Assembly: GCA_944392615.1 (NCBI GenBank)
Contig: CALXXF010000003.1
Location: forward strand, 12,191 to 76,190
DNA length: 64,000 nt
From: an uncultured Clostridia bacterium
GTDB taxonomy: Bacteria > Bacillota > Clostridia > Oscillospirales > CAG-272
Direction: 5' to 3'
The notes under the pieces were generated by a model. It worked only from the letters and a program-made list of their open reading frames with translations, did no database searches and was not told the DNA's origin. Within the stretch, counting starts at the first letter, position 1; every line of letters starts with the position of its first letter. A program made the position numbers and the translations under genes. Of this stretch, positions 49,953 through 60,535 are shown in pieces.

Positions 49953-51065
49953 ATGAACAATAAAAACAGAAAAAGAGGCATCGCGGCGGTTCTCTCTTTT
50001 TTCCTCGTTGCGGTTCTGGGTCTTACTGGTGCGTTGAACAGCGAATATGCGGCATTTTGCCAGAACACATATTCTGTTAACAGGGCGGTCATGTCGCAAG
50101 GCGATACCGCGTACTGTTCAAAAGGTACCGACGCAGACGGACAGGTGATGCTTATTCCGGGAGGAATGGCTTTCGGGGTGCGCATGAATACCAAAGGGGT
50201 ACTTGTGGTCGGCTTTTCAAGGACCGGCACTGAAGAAAAAAAGAGTCCGGCTGAGCTTGCCGGTATAAAAACAAAAGACGTTATAATAGAGGTAGACGGA
50301 AAGAGCACAGATTCCTCAGAAGAGCTCATAAAAGCGGTGAGCGAGACGAAGGGAACCGAATGTGTTTTTACCGTACTGCGCGGCGATGAGCGGAAAAATT
50401 TTACCGTTCGTCCCGAAAAAGATGTACAGAGTGGTGAATATAAGGCAGGGATATGGGTAAAAGACAGCAGTGCCGGTATAGGCACCGTGACTGTTATCAA
50501 TCCTGCTAACAACAGGTTTTCAGGTCTTGGACACGGAATATGCGACAGCGACACAGGCGCGCTGATGCCGTTTGGCTCCGGAAACGTGTATGACGTGTCG
50601 GTCGTAGCCGTCAGAAAAGGAAAGGCAGGAGCTCCGGGTGAAATAAAGGGCTTTTTTGACAGCGCCATATGCGGTACTGTAAGTGATAATACCGCAACCG
50701 GAGTCTGCGGAAGACTCATAAAATACGACACTGCAGAGCTTTCACGCCCTCTTCCGCTCGCCGAACGCAGCGAGGTCAAGGAAGGAGCCGCGTATATAAG
50801 ATGCACTCTTTCCGATGACAGGATCGGCGAATATGAGATACAGATCAAGAAAATAACCGACTATGACGGAGAAAGCAAAAATTTTGTGATTGAAGTCACG
50901 GATGAGAGGCTTCTTGCGCAGACCGGGGGCATAGTACAGGGAATGAGCGGAAGCCCTATAATACAGAACGGAAAAATCGTCGGAGCCGTAACGCATGTTA
51001 TGGTGAACGAACCGAGGACCGGATACGGGATATTTATAGACAATATGCCGGATATAGTCAACTGA
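49953..51065 (+). CDS. spoIVB: SpoIVB serine peptidase (S55)
   Basis: LIPGGMAFGV, PDZ region, GIWVKDSSAGIGTVT, GLGHGI, TGGIVQGMSGSPIIQNGKIVGAVTHV; start at 49953 inferred from the signal/TM segment. Confidence 0.93.
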   Translation: MNNKNRKRGIAAVLSFFLVAVLGLTGALNSEYAAFCQNTYSVNRAVMSQGDTAYCSKGTDADGQVMLIPGGMAFGVRMNTKGVLVVGFSRTGTEEKKSPAELAGIKTKDVIIEVDGKSTDSSEELIKAVSETKGTECVFTVLRGDERKNFTVRPEKDVQSGEYKAGIWVKDSSAGIGTVTVINPANNRFSGLGHGICDSDTGALMPFGSGNVYDVSVVAVRKGKAGAPGEIKGFFDSAICGTVSDNTATGVCGRLIKYDTAELSRPLPLAERSEVKEGAAYIRCTLSDDRIGEYEIQIKKITDYDGESKNFVIEVTDERLLAQTGGIVQGMSGSPIIQNGKIVGAVTHVMVNEPRTGYGIFIDNMPDIVN

Positions 51066-51200
51066 TCTGTTCCCTTGGCCTGGGGCAGGAGAATGTGATA
51101 CTGCATTTGTATATAACGTAAACCTGCTCCGGAAGGGCGGAAGAGGGCGTTTTGCCCTTTTCCGCCCTTGTCTTTTATTGTACTGTTTGGCAAATTCCGG

Positions 51201-51229
51201 TTGACAAAGCTGACTTTTGGGTTTATAAT
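51201..51229 (+). promoter_or_regulatory. Sigma-A promoter for rsmE
   Basis: TTGACA-17bp-TATAAT, perfect consensus. Confidence 0.8.
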
Positions 51230-51407
51230 CTGTCCGGCACGTGTGTTCTTCGCACAGCCGGCATGCATCATGAGCCGGATGGCGATGCTGGCATGCATGT
51301 ATGATATTCTCTTGTGCCGGTGCGCTCGGACGCTGTGAGCGGATTTTCTATATTTTCACGTATTTTTTATAACGTATTCTTTATCATGTATTTTTCGTGA
51401 GGTGGAC

Positions 51408-52145
51408 ATGCCGAGATTTTTTATTGAACGTGACAGAATGTCCTCAGGTGCCGTTGAAATAAAGGGTGAAGACGCAAGGCATATCGCGCTTTCGCTGAGA
51501 ATGGCAGTCGGAGATACCCTTGTTCTTTGCGACGGGGAAGGATATGAATATACCGCGTCAATAGAGAGCATTAACCCGCAGTGCGTGCTGCTGTCCTGCG
51601 GAAAAGGGCGTCAGAGCTTTTCAGAGCCGCCGTGCTTTATAACGCTTTATCAGTGTATTCCGAAATCGGATAAATTCGACACAATTATACAGAAGGCGGT
51701 TGAGTGCGGGGTGAGCCGGATCGTTCCGGTGAGATCATCCAGGTGTATAGCTGTCGTAAAAGGAGAAAAGGAAGAAAAAAGACTTGAGCGCTGGAACAGA
51801 ATCGCTCTTGAAGCAGCCAAGCAGTCCGGGCGTGGCAGGGTCCCTAAAGTGATGCCGCCGGAGAATATTGCGGTGTCGGCTGAAAAGATACTTGCTTCCT
51901 GTGTCGGATTTGCCTGCTATGAGAATGAACATGGGAATATGCTTTCGGATTTCTTGCCGGTCGACAAAAAGCCGGGTGATATCTCCTTCCTCATAGGTCC
52001 GGAAGGCGGGCTTTCAGAGGAAGAAGCCGCGCTTTTCAGAGGGCACACCTGCTCCCTCGGCAATCGCATACTGAGGACAGAAACTGCCTCGTCCTTTGTC
52101 CTCTCATCCGTGTCTTTTCTCTACGAAATGTCATTGAAATATTGA
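51408..52145 (+). CDS. rsmE: 16S rRNA m3U1498 methyltransferase
   Basis: MPRFF, HIALSLRM, QKAVECGV, EAAKQSGR, IGPEGG, LGNRILRTETA. Confidence 0.95.
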   Translation: MPRFFIERDRMSSGAVEIKGEDARHIALSLRMAVGDTLVLCDGEGYEYTASIESINPQCVLLSCGKGRQSFSEPPCFITLYQCIPKSDKFDTIIQKAVECGVSRIVPVRSSRCIAVVKGEKEEKRLERWNRIALEAAKQSGRGRVPKVMPPENIAVSAEKILASCVGFACYENEHGNMLSDFLPVDKKPGDISFLIGPEGGLSEEEAALFRGHTCSLGNRILRTETASSFVLSSVSFLYEMSLKY

Positions 52146-52223
52146 TTTTTGTGCATATTGAAAAAATATCTGAAAAAGAAACAAAAAAACGTAAATATTT
52201 TGTTAACTCTAATAAAAATACTA

Positions 52224-52252
52224 TTGAAATCTCACAAAAACAGTTGTATAAT
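52224..52252 (+). promoter_or_regulatory. Sigma-A promoter for the CdaR/PucR regulator
   Basis: TTGAAA-17bp-TATAAT. Confidence 0.7.
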
Positions 52253-52407
52253 ACCGTCATATAGAACAAAAGCCGCAGATGACAGAGAATGAAACAGGCG
52301 TGCTACTGCACTTCTTTGCCGCTTTGCTCGTTCGCATCCGTCGGAAGTCGCTGCAGTTGTCGCGCGGCACCGATGCTGCAGCCAATAAGAAAGGAATGAC
52401 AAAAGAT

Positions 52408-53490
52408 ATGTCAAACAGATTGTTTCAGGGCATCATATATCAGATGAAGGATGCGGTAGACCGCGTTATAGGCGTTATTGACGATTCCGGTATAGTTATT
52501 TCGTGCAGCGAGCTGGGAAGGATCGGAGAGGCAAGGCAGGGCGTCCGTGAAGAGCTGACCTACGCCTCTGACGTCGTGGTCATGGGTGGATATACCTACA
52601 GGTCACTCAACACTGCGACGAAGAACGAGTATATAGTTTTTGTTGAGGGCGAGGACAAGGTGGCAGACAAGCTCTCTATGATACTTTCAATATCGCTTCT
52701 CAATATAAAGAACCTTTATGACGACAAGCATGACAAGAGCTCGTTCATAAAGAACATCATTCTCGACAACATACTTCCGAGCGATATCTACGCAAAATCC
52801 AAAGAGCTCCATTTTGCCACCGATGTATCAAGGGTAGTTTTTCTGATCAAGTTCAACGGAAAGAACGATATAATACCCTACGACGTCATGCAGAACATGT
52901 TCCCGGGCAAGAACAAGGATTATGTCATAAATGTAGGCGAGCGCGACAGCGTCCTTGTAAAAGAGGTGAAGACTAACTACGATATGAAGGAAATGGAGGA
53001 AGTGGCTCGCAATATATCCGACACTATTTCCTCGGAATTTTACACCAAGGTCTCAATAGGCATAGGAACGGTGGTCAACAATATCAAGGACCTTGCACGC
53101 TCCTATAAGGAAGCTCAGGTTGCTCTTGAAGTCGGGAAGGTGTTTGATACCGAAAAAGACATAATAAGCTATGACAACCTTGGTATAGGCAGACTCATAT
53201 ATCAGTTGCCGACCACTCTTTGCGAGATGTTCTTACAGGAAGTTTTCAAGAAGGGACCGCTTGAAAGCCTCGACAAAGAGACTCTCATGACTATACAGGC
53301 GTTTTTTGAAAACAACCTCAATGTTTCGGAAACATCCAGAAAGCTCTTTGTGCACAGGAACACGCTGGTTTACCGTCTTGAGAAGATACGCAAGCTCACA
53401 GGCCTCGACCTGCGTGAGTTTGAGCATGCCATAACCTTCAAAGTCGCTCTCATGGTTAAAAAATATCTTTCTTCAAAGTCAGTGAAATAA
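52408..53490 (+). CDS. CdaR/PucR family transcriptional regulator
   Basis: MSNRLFQG start; SYKEAQVALEVG; C-terminal HTH NLNVSETSRKLFVHRNTLVYRLEKI..TGLDL. Confidence 0.88.
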   Translation: MSNRLFQGIIYQMKDAVDRVIGVIDDSGIVISCSELGRIGEARQGVREELTYASDVVVMGGYTYRSLNTATKNEYIVFVEGEDKVADKLSMILSISLLNIKNLYDDKHDKSSFIKNIILDNILPSDIYAKSKELHFATDVSRVVFLIKFNGKNDIIPYDVMQNMFPGKNKDYVINVGERDSVLVKEVKTNYDMKEMEEVARNISDTISSEFYTKVSIGIGTVVNNIKDLARSYKEAQVALEVGKVFDTEKDIISYDNLGIGRLIYQLPTTLCEMFLQEVFKKGPLESLDKETLMTIQAFFENNLNVSETSRKLFVHRNTLVYRLEKIRKLTGLDLREFEHAITFKVALMVKKYLSSKSVK

Positions 53491-53814
53491 TTTTTAACGT
53501 ATATCGCAGGTCTGCGGCGCATTTGCTTCCGGAAGCGGTTCCATAACAAGTGTATTTTTGCTTGTATTGTGATAGTGACCGTGAAAACATCATTACAACA
53601 GTAAACAACAGCTTGCCGGAAAGGCAGGCTGTTGATGTTGTGTAGGGCCCATATCGACTCAATATCGCTGTTTTCGCCTGTCCTGAAAACGCTCTTTTAT
53701 CTACTCGTGTTCTTACCGCGGTTCTGTGCAAAGCAGGAATGCGAGCACTTATGCAGAGTAAAGACTCCGGAGATGTTTCATGCGCCGTGACCTCCCTTCT
53801 GAGGTATATTTATA

Positions 53815-55158
53815 ATGAAAAAGCACTTAGCACTTTTACCTGTGCTCTGCGCAGTGTTTGTGACAGCATTGCTTTGCGTCACAGTCACCGCCGCTGTCTG
53901 CATGGGACCGCTTTCTGCACAAAAGGAACCGCAGCAGACTCAGGATACAGTCTCCACCGAAGAAGTCGCAGACGATTATTTCGATATTGAAAGACTCGAA
54001 GCGGTAATAGAAATGTACGAGGATAAATCGGCTTTCACGCTCGACACCGATGGGCTTACCGAGGCTCTTATAGATGCATTCATAGATTTTACAGCAGACG
54101 AATATGCTTCGTATATGACCGCTGAGGAATATGAAGAGTATTTTTCGTCATACAGTGCCGTTGCCACAGGTATAGGAATCCGCGTGGCAAGCGTGTCCGG
54201 CAGGATAGTCATAATGGAAGTCGTCGGAGGGTCTCCGGCGGAGCAGGCAGGCTTGCTTGCAGGAGACGTTATTCTTGGAGCCGACGGAGTACTGCTTGAC
54301 GGTAATAACTCTGAAAACCTTCTTGAGGATGCCCAGGAGCTTTTTGCAAAGGAAGAGGGAAGCGTTATCGAACTGAGCGTAGACAGAAGCGGAAAAAGCC
54401 TCAACGTGCAGGTCGAGGTCAGGGAATACTCGGTGAGGACGGTATCTCTCGACTATATTTCGTACTGCGGCAAAAGATTTGCGGTCATAGCTATAAACAG
54501 CTTTGATTATGCGGCGCCGGTCCAGTTCAAGGAAGCTGTGGATGAGGCGGAGAAAAATGCGGACTTTATTGTTTTTGATCTTCGCGGAAATCTCGGAGGC
54601 CTGCTGTCAAGTGTCAGCGCGATGCTTACTTATCTTGTAGGCGACGGTGTCAAGCTCGCCGAGATAGTTTACAGAAACAGCAGCGATGAAATATACAGCG
54701 GTGAGAATGCAAACGACTACTATTTTACAGATAATTCCGTGGGAAGAATAGAGGTTACGCTCAACGGGGCAGTCATATATAATTCCGCGTATGCCCAGCA
54801 CAAAATGAGCATACCGGCTGCCGTGCTCACAGACGGAAGAACAGCGAGTGCCGCCGAACTGTTTACCGCGGTGCTGAGGGATTACGATCTTGCCACAATA
54901 GTCGGGCAGAATACCTACGGAAAAGGCTGTATGCAGGCGACTTACAAGCTTGATGACGGCGGAGAGCTGAAGCTCACGACTGCGTATTACAATCCGCCCT
55001 GCGGCGTGAATTACGATGTTTCCACAGACGGTCCGGTCGGGATAGCTCCCGATATAAAGGCAGAAGACGACGCTACTGCCGATACAGGTATAGAGGGCTA
55101 TGAAAAGGACGCGGTCATTCTTGCGGCGCTTGAAGCGCTGAGCGGAACGGAGCAGTGA
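53815..55158 (+). CDS. Carboxy-terminal processing protease (S41A, CtpA-like)
   Basis: Signal/TM, PDZ (GIGI..GSPAEQAGL), DLRGNLGG, TASAAE, TYGKG, GIAPD. Confidence 0.9.
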   Translation: MKKHLALLPVLCAVFVTALLCVTVTAAVCMGPLSAQKEPQQTQDTVSTEEVADDYFDIERLEAVIEMYEDKSAFTLDTDGLTEALIDAFIDFTADEYASYMTAEEYEEYFSSYSAVATGIGIRVASVSGRIVIMEVVGGSPAEQAGLLAGDVILGADGVLLDGNNSENLLEDAQELFAKEEGSVIELSVDRSGKSLNVQVEVREYSVRTVSLDYISYCGKRFAVIAINSFDYAAPVQFKEAVDEAEKNADFIVFDLRGNLGGLLSSVSAMLTYLVGDGVKLAEIVYRNSSDEIYSGENANDYYFTDNSVGRIEVTLNGAVIYNSAYAQHKMSIPAAVLTDGRTASAAELFTAVLRDYDLATIVGQNTYGKGCMQATYKLDDGGELKLTTAYYNPPCGVNYDVSTDGPVGIAPDIKAEDDATADTGIEGYEKDAVILAALEALSGTEQ

Positions 55159-55474
55159 CAACGACGAGTCTTTGCTTGGTCAGCATGCTGTATATGAATT
55201 CCGGCAGCGCGGTCTGTGCACCCGGCAGGTATGTTTACAGAGATATCACGGCATGTGAAGAAGCAGCATGTGAAAAGGTATGTGAAAAAAGCAGCATGTG
55301 AAAACTGTTTTCAGGTGCACGGGAAGCCGATGAGAAGCGAATGAGAAGCGCGCGGGATAATTCCCGGCAAAGCTGAAACTGAAAGCGGATTTTCCCTGTG
55401 CATATTCAATCTTTGAATGGTATAAACAAATCCATCAAATAAATTTAACGAAATGATTTATCAGAGGTGTTAAC

Positions 55475-55948
55475 ATGGCTAACGAAATAAAAGTAACTAA
55501 CGAGGGTCTGAAAAATCTTAAGGATGAGCTCAACTTTCTGAAGGAAGTAAAGAGAAACGAGGTAGTTGAGGCTATAAGGCTTGCGCTTTCATACGGCGAC
55601 CTTTCAGAAAACAGCGAGTATGACGAGGCCAAAACCGAGCAGGCAAGAGTGGAGTCGAGAATACAGGAGCTTGAAGAAATACTCAAAAATGTTCAGGTCA
55701 TAGAAGATCACGAAATAAAGACCGATACCGTAAATATAGGCGCCATAGTCAGCGTTGTCAACCTGAATAACGGAAAAGAATTCGAGTATACAATGGTAGG
55801 AGTTACCGAGTCCAACCCGCTCAAGGGAAAGATTTCAGACCGGTCTCCGATCGGAAAGGCTCTTATGGGAAGACGCACCGGAGATGATGTTCCGGTTGAG
55901 ACTCCCGCAGGACCGATAACTCTTAAAATAGTAAGCATAAGAAAGTAA
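55475..55948 (+). CDS. greA: Transcription elongation factor GreA
   Basis: [32 protein letters not shown]. Confidence 0.96.
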   Translation: MANEIKVTNEGLKNLKDELNFLKEVKRNEVVEAIRLALSYGDLSENSEYDEAKTEQARVESRIQELEEILKNVQVIEDHEIKTDTVNIGAIVSVVNLNNGKEFEYTMVGVTESNPLKGKISDRSPIGKALMGRRTGDDVPVETPAGPITLKIVSIRK

Positions 55949-56100
55949 GAGCGCCACAAGGGGCGGGATTTTGTTTTTACAGTTTCCGGAGCGGACAGCG
56001 CCGGAAGACAGCTTGCGCAGATGAGGTACGCTACTGGCGACGTGACAACTTCTTATATTCTGAACCTGTCTGCGAGTACGAAAGGAATACAGAAAAAATT

Positions 56101-58071
56101 ATGAATAACAGCAGTGCCAACAGTGTGAATCAGAATGCAATGGATGCGTCTGAGGAAAAGGAGTATTCTGAAATACTCAGAATACGCAGGGAAAAGCTCT
56201 TTGAATTGAGAAAGGCGGGCAAGGATCCCTTTGTCATAACAAAATATGATGTTACCGCAAAAAGCTCAGATATAAAATCTGATTACGAAAAATATGAAGC
56301 CTCCACAGTTTCGGTTGCCGGAAGAATCACGAGCCGCAGGATCATGGGCAAGGCTTCGTTTGCAAGCATAGCCGATGCGTCGGGAAGTATTCAGATATAT
56401 GTCAGAAGGGACGATGTCGGAGAAGAGGGCTATGCCTCATTCAAAAAGTGGGATATTGGCGATATAGTCGGGACGGAAGGGTTTGTCTTCAAAACGCAGA
56501 CGGGGGAGATATCTGTCCATGCGTCCAAGATAGTGCTGCTGTCAAAAAGCCTGCTTCCGCTGCCCGAAAAATATCACGGGCTTACAAATACCGACCTGCG
56601 TTACCGTCAGCGCTATCTTGATCTTATTGTAAATCCTGATGTCAAAGACACCTTTATAAAGCGTTCAAGGATAATTTCGGAGATACGCTCGTATCTTGAG
56701 AGCCGCGGATTTCTTGAGGTTGAGACTCCGATACTTCACACGCAGGCGGGTGGCGCGGCGGCGAGGCCGTTTGTAACGCATCACAACACTCTTGATATAG
56801 ACATGTATCTCAGAATAGCGTTGGAGCTTCATCTCAAAAGGCTTATCGTGGGCGGATTCGATCGCGTTTATGAGATAGGCAGGGTGTTCAGAAACGAGGG
56901 TATGGATACAAGGCACAACCCTGAGTTTACCCTGCTTGAACTCTATCAGGCGTATACCGATTACGAGGGCATGATGGAGCTTACCGAGGATATGTTCAGA
57001 ACGGTGGCTAAAAAAGTACTCGGAAGCGCTGTTGTCAGGTACGGGGATTACACAATAGACCTGGAAAGCAAATTTGCACGCATGACTATGACAGAGGCGG
57101 TCAGCAAATATGCCGGTATAGATTTCACGTCGGTTACTGAGCTCAGTGAGGCAAGACGGCTTGCAGACGAGCGCGGCATAAAGTACGAGGACAGGCACGG
57201 CATAGGTGATATCCTGAATTTCTTCTTTGAGGAATACTGCGAGGACAAGCTGATACAGCCGACCTTCATAACCGGTCATCCGGTCGAGATTTCTCCGCTT
57301 GCAAAAAAAGATCCAAATGACAACAGGTATACCGAAAGGTTTGAGGTGTTCATTCTCGGAAGGGAGCACGGGAATGCTTTTTCTGAGCTCAACGATCCTG
57401 TAGACCAGAGGGAGAGGTTTGAATATCAGGCGGCGATGAAGGCACGCGGAGACGACGAGGCGTGCGGAGTGGATGAGGATTTTCTCAATGCCATGGAATA
57501 CGGCATGCCTCCTACGGGCGGTCTCGGAATAGGCATCGACCGTCTTGTCATGCTGCTCACGAATGCGCCTTCGATACGCGACGTTATTCTGTTCCCCACA
57601 ATGAAACCTGTCAAGGACGGAAACCCCGGAAGCGAACAGGGCGCTGAGTGTGACACTTCTGCTTCCGGCACGGTAAAATCAGAGCCTGAAAAGATAGATT
57701 TTTCGAAGGTGGAGATCGAGCCTTTGTTCAAAGACTTCGTCGATTTTGAAACCTTCAGCCGTTCTGATTTCAGGGCAGTCAAGGTGCTTTCTTGCGAGGC
57801 TGTTCCGAAATCCAAAAAGCTATTGAAATTCACACTGGACGACGGGAGCGGCGTGACAAGAACCATCCTGAGCGGCATACACGGCTACTATGAGCCAGAG
57901 GAGCTGATAGGCAAGACGTGTATAGCTATTACCAATCTTCCGCCGAGAGCCATGATGGGTGTTGAGTCGTGCGGCATGCTGATAAGCGCTCTGCACAAAG
58001 AAGAAGGGGAGGACAAGCTCCACCTGCTTATGGTGGACGACCATATCCCTGCCGGCGCCAAGCTTTACTGA
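56101..58071 (+). CDS. lysS: Lysyl-tRNA synthetase (class II) with appended C-terminal tRNA-binding (Trbp111/MetRS-C-like) domain
   Basis: [44 protein letters not shown]; after FPTMKP an extra domain [42 protein letters not shown]. Confidence 0.95.
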   Translation: MNNSSANSVNQNAMDASEEKEYSEILRIRREKLFELRKAGKDPFVITKYDVTAKSSDIKSDYEKYEASTVSVAGRITSRRIMGKASFASIADASGSIQIYVRRDDVGEEGYASFKKWDIGDIVGTEGFVFKTQTGEISVHASKIVLLSKSLLPLPEKYHGLTNTDLRYRQRYLDLIVNPDVKDTFIKRSRIISEIRSYLESRGFLEVETPILHTQAGGAAARPFVTHHNTLDIDMYLRIALELHLKRLIVGGFDRVYEIGRVFRNEGMDTRHNPEFTLLELYQAYTDYEGMMELTEDMFRTVAKKVLGSAVVRYGDYTIDLESKFARMTMTEAVSKYAGIDFTSVTELSEARRLADERGIKYEDRHGIGDILNFFFEEYCEDKLIQPTFITGHPVEISPLAKKDPNDNRYTERFEVFILGREHGNAFSELNDPVDQRERFEYQAAMKARGDDEACGVDEDFLNAMEYGMPPTGGLGIGIDRLVMLLTNAPSIRDVILFPTMKPVKDGNPGSEQGAECDTSASGTVKSEPEKIDFSKVEIEPLFKDFVDFETFSRSDFRAVKVLSCEAVPKSKKLLKFTLDDGSGVTRTILSGIHGYYEPEELIGKTCIAITNLPPRAMMGVESCGMLISALHKEEGEDKLHLLMVDDHIPAGAKLY

Positions 58072-58082
58072 GAAGTATTTAC

Positions 58083-58114
58083 CGCTTCCTGCCGGAAAGC
58101 GGAGGGAGCTTTTT
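58083..58114 (+). terminator. Probable terminator after greA-lysS
   Basis: GCTTCCT-GCCG-gaaa-GCGG-AGGGAGC imperfect stem followed by TTTTT. Confidence 0.55.
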
Positions 58115-58379
58115 ATTCACCTGTTCGCGCCGGACTCTAGGAATTTTCCGGACTTACCTGAATCCGGATAAATCTGAATCCGGATAAATCTGAATATGAA
58201 AAACGTGGTTTTGCGGGTATGCTGTCGTTTGTTGCAGGACTGACCCGCCGTAGCATGTTCGCCTGAGTGTTCGCCGCGGTATGCTGCTGCATGTATATTG
58301 TGCTTATGATCTGTTGCGCGTTCTTTATGAAAGCCACTTTAATATGTGTTTTAGCTGCGTCAGCGGCATGGAGATAACC

Positions 58380-59069
58380 GTGAAAAAAGTAATAAAATGG
58401 CTGGATAACTATTGGTATCATTACAAGTGGCCGACTGTGATAATACTTTTCTTTGCCGTTATTGTCATAGCATGTACGGTCCAGATGGCAAAGAAGACAG
58501 ACCCGGACATAAATGCCGTATACATCGGGCCGCTTGTGCTTACCGACAGCGCAGTAAGCGCAATGGAGGACATTCTTGAACAGAAAGCCGGAGATCTAAA
58601 CGGAGACGGAAAGGTTGAAGTACAGCTTACGAAGATAGTTATTCTATCTGACGAGCAGCTTGAGGAGCTTAAGCAGGAGGCGGCAGAAGAGAACGATCAG
58701 GTTTACTATGACCCGGCGCTCCGCGCTGAAGCGGTGAAGCAGGCGCGCTTCTATCTGTCAGGCGGTACGACGCCGCTCTGTTTTATCGACAAGTATATGT
58801 ACGAAATATTCAGAGATGAGGGAATACTTGCACCTCTTTCGGACATACTCGGAGAAAAGCCGGAAAATGCTTTCGACGATTACGGGATCTATCTGAAGGA
58901 CACCGAGTTCGGTCAATACTACTCGGTCTTTTCAGAGCTTCCTGAGGACACTGTGGTTTGTATGGCCGTCAGGTCCTTTGTCTCTTCGATACAGAACAAC
59001 AAGCAGGATGAGCAGAGATACAACAATCACGTGGCTCTTTTTAGAAAGATACTTGAGTTTGATGTGTGA
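58380..59069 (+). CDS. Membrane-anchored hypothetical protein (WxxNYWYHYKW N-terminal family)
   Basis: KWLDNYWYHYKW followed by one TM, then DLNGDGK loop; GTG start after GGAG. Confidence 0.6.
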   Translation: MKKVIKWLDNYWYHYKWPTVIILFFAVIVIACTVQMAKKTDPDINAVYIGPLVLTDSAVSAMEDILEQKAGDLNGDGKVEVQLTKIVILSDEQLEELKQEAAEENDQVYYDPALRAEAVKQARFYLSGGTTPLCFIDKYMYEIFRDEGILAPLSDILGEKPENAFDDYGIYLKDTEFGQYYSVFSELPEDTVVCMAVRSFVSSIQNNKQDEQRYNNHVALFRKILEFDV

Positions 59070-59305
59070 ATGATATGCTGTGTGCGTGCTGCCAAAGCAG
59101 TTCAAACGCCGGCGCGGTATAAGAGAAAAGCGGTAAAATATGCGGCGGTTAAGGACAGTCACGACAGAGAGCAAAATGCGGTATTTAGGATGCGGGTGAT
59201 TTTAAAATTTGTGTGTTGTACGCACAAGTGATGCCGTATGAACCAACTCCAAAGCATCGGCATAGACAGGATACGAAAAATACAAAAATACAAAAATATA
59301 AAAAT

Positions 59306-59340
59306 CAGAAGCGCGCAGAGCTTTGCTCCGCGCGCTTCTG
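59306..59340. terminator. Probable terminator between convergent genes
   Basis: CAGAAGCGCGCAGAGC-ttt-GCTCCGCGCGCTTCTG imperfect hairpin, with A-rich runs to its left. Confidence 0.6.
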
Positions 59341-59457
59341 TATATGGCGTGTTTGCGGAAAGATACGAGAAAGTATTTGTGCCTTTTGGTCTGATGTGCG
59401 TGTTATTTTGACTTTATCGGCAGATTTACCGCGGCACGGCTCTGTTAAAGTGCAGCC

Positions 59458-60480
59458 TTACATATTTCCTATAATGAACATGGCAAAATATTTTGCGAAC
59501 AATTCTGCCGAGCGGACCGCTTCGGAAAGGCTGTTTCCGGTTGTACCCACATACAGCGAAAGAGAACACGGCGCGTACTGCTGGCTGAGGGTCTCCTGCC
59601 TCAGCAGAATGCTTCGCATGATACCGGGATTTATATTGCATATCATATCGGTAAGCTTGTATGCCGCGGCAAGATTTGTGTAGTTTATACCGCCTCCCGG
59701 ATTGCTTCCGACTGCAAACATCAGTTGCGCTCCCGCCTTGCCTTCAATATATCCGACTGAACGTACTATACGGTTGTCCTGTGTATAAACGCCGTCTCTG
59801 TGTACGTCGAGAACAAAGCGTATGGTCGGATATTTGGCAAGATACTTGTCTATCACATCCTGCGCCGAGCTTCCGACTGTGTTTTCGTCTATTCTTTCCT
59901 GGGCATGGATGGTTATTATACCTGCGGCAGAAAGGACTTCGGAAATCTTTTTTCCCACGGCAAATATATTTTCATCTTTTTCTTCTGACGTAAAGGGAAA
60001 ATTGCGGTCCGCCTGTGTTGCGCCATCGGGAGAGTAGCATTCGTCAGGATGAGAATGGATTATGAGAACGGTCGGCGCTACCGGATCACAGGAAAACGGA
60101 AACTCGTAGCCAGGAAGGCGTGATACATCGGCGTCTGACAGAGTATAGTTCTTTATGGTCGCCTCGGTTTCTGATAAATCTGCAGATACGATTTCCACTT
60201 TTTCAGTTTTTCCCGCGTTTGATGAATCAGTCACATCAGGGTCTTCATCAGTACCGGTCGGTTTGTCCTGACTGTCTTTTGTGGCATCGGTTGTCATGCT
60301 CTGACCCGGAGCAAAAGCGAGAAAGGCTTCGGCAAGGAATTTTTTTGTGTTATTCTCGCTTATAATTATGCTTCGAACCATGTAGGTAAAGGCGCATATC
60401 AAAGCGAGAAGCGCTATTATACACATGAGTATTCTGAATATCTTTGTCCTGTTTCGTTCATTCATGGGCGTTCCGTTCAT
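59458..60480 (-). CDS. spoIIP: Stage II sporulation protein P (cell wall hydrolase)
   Basis: PTVLIIHSHPDECY, VLDVHRDG, QLMFAVGS, YVGTTGNSLSEA; downstream of gpr as usual. Confidence 0.85.
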   Translation of the reverse strand: MNGTPMNERNRTKIFRILMCIIALLALICAFTYMVRSIIISENNTKKFLAEAFLAFAPGQSMTTDATKDSQDKPTGTDEDPDVTDSSNAGKTEKVEIVSADLSETEATIKNYTLSDADVSRLPGYEFPFSCDPVAPTVLIIHSHPDECYSPDGATQADRNFPFTSEEKDENIFAVGKKISEVLSAAGIITIHAQERIDENTVGSSAQDVIDKYLAKYPTIRFVLDVHRDGVYTQDNRIVRSVGYIEGKAGAQLMFAVGSNPGGGINYTNLAAAYKLTDMICNINPGIMRSILLRQETLSQQYAPCSLSLYVGTTGNSLSEAVRSAELFAKYFAMFIIGNM

Positions 60481-60535
60481 CTTTCCTCCCCGGCGGATTC
60501 AGGCCCCGTTATTGTCTGGGCGCCGATATACCGTC

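Noticed and set aside
55950-56100. T-box or lysine riboswitch upstream of lysS
   Set aside because: No T-box consensus (AAGGTGGTACCGCG-like) or terminator recognised, and the region is short.
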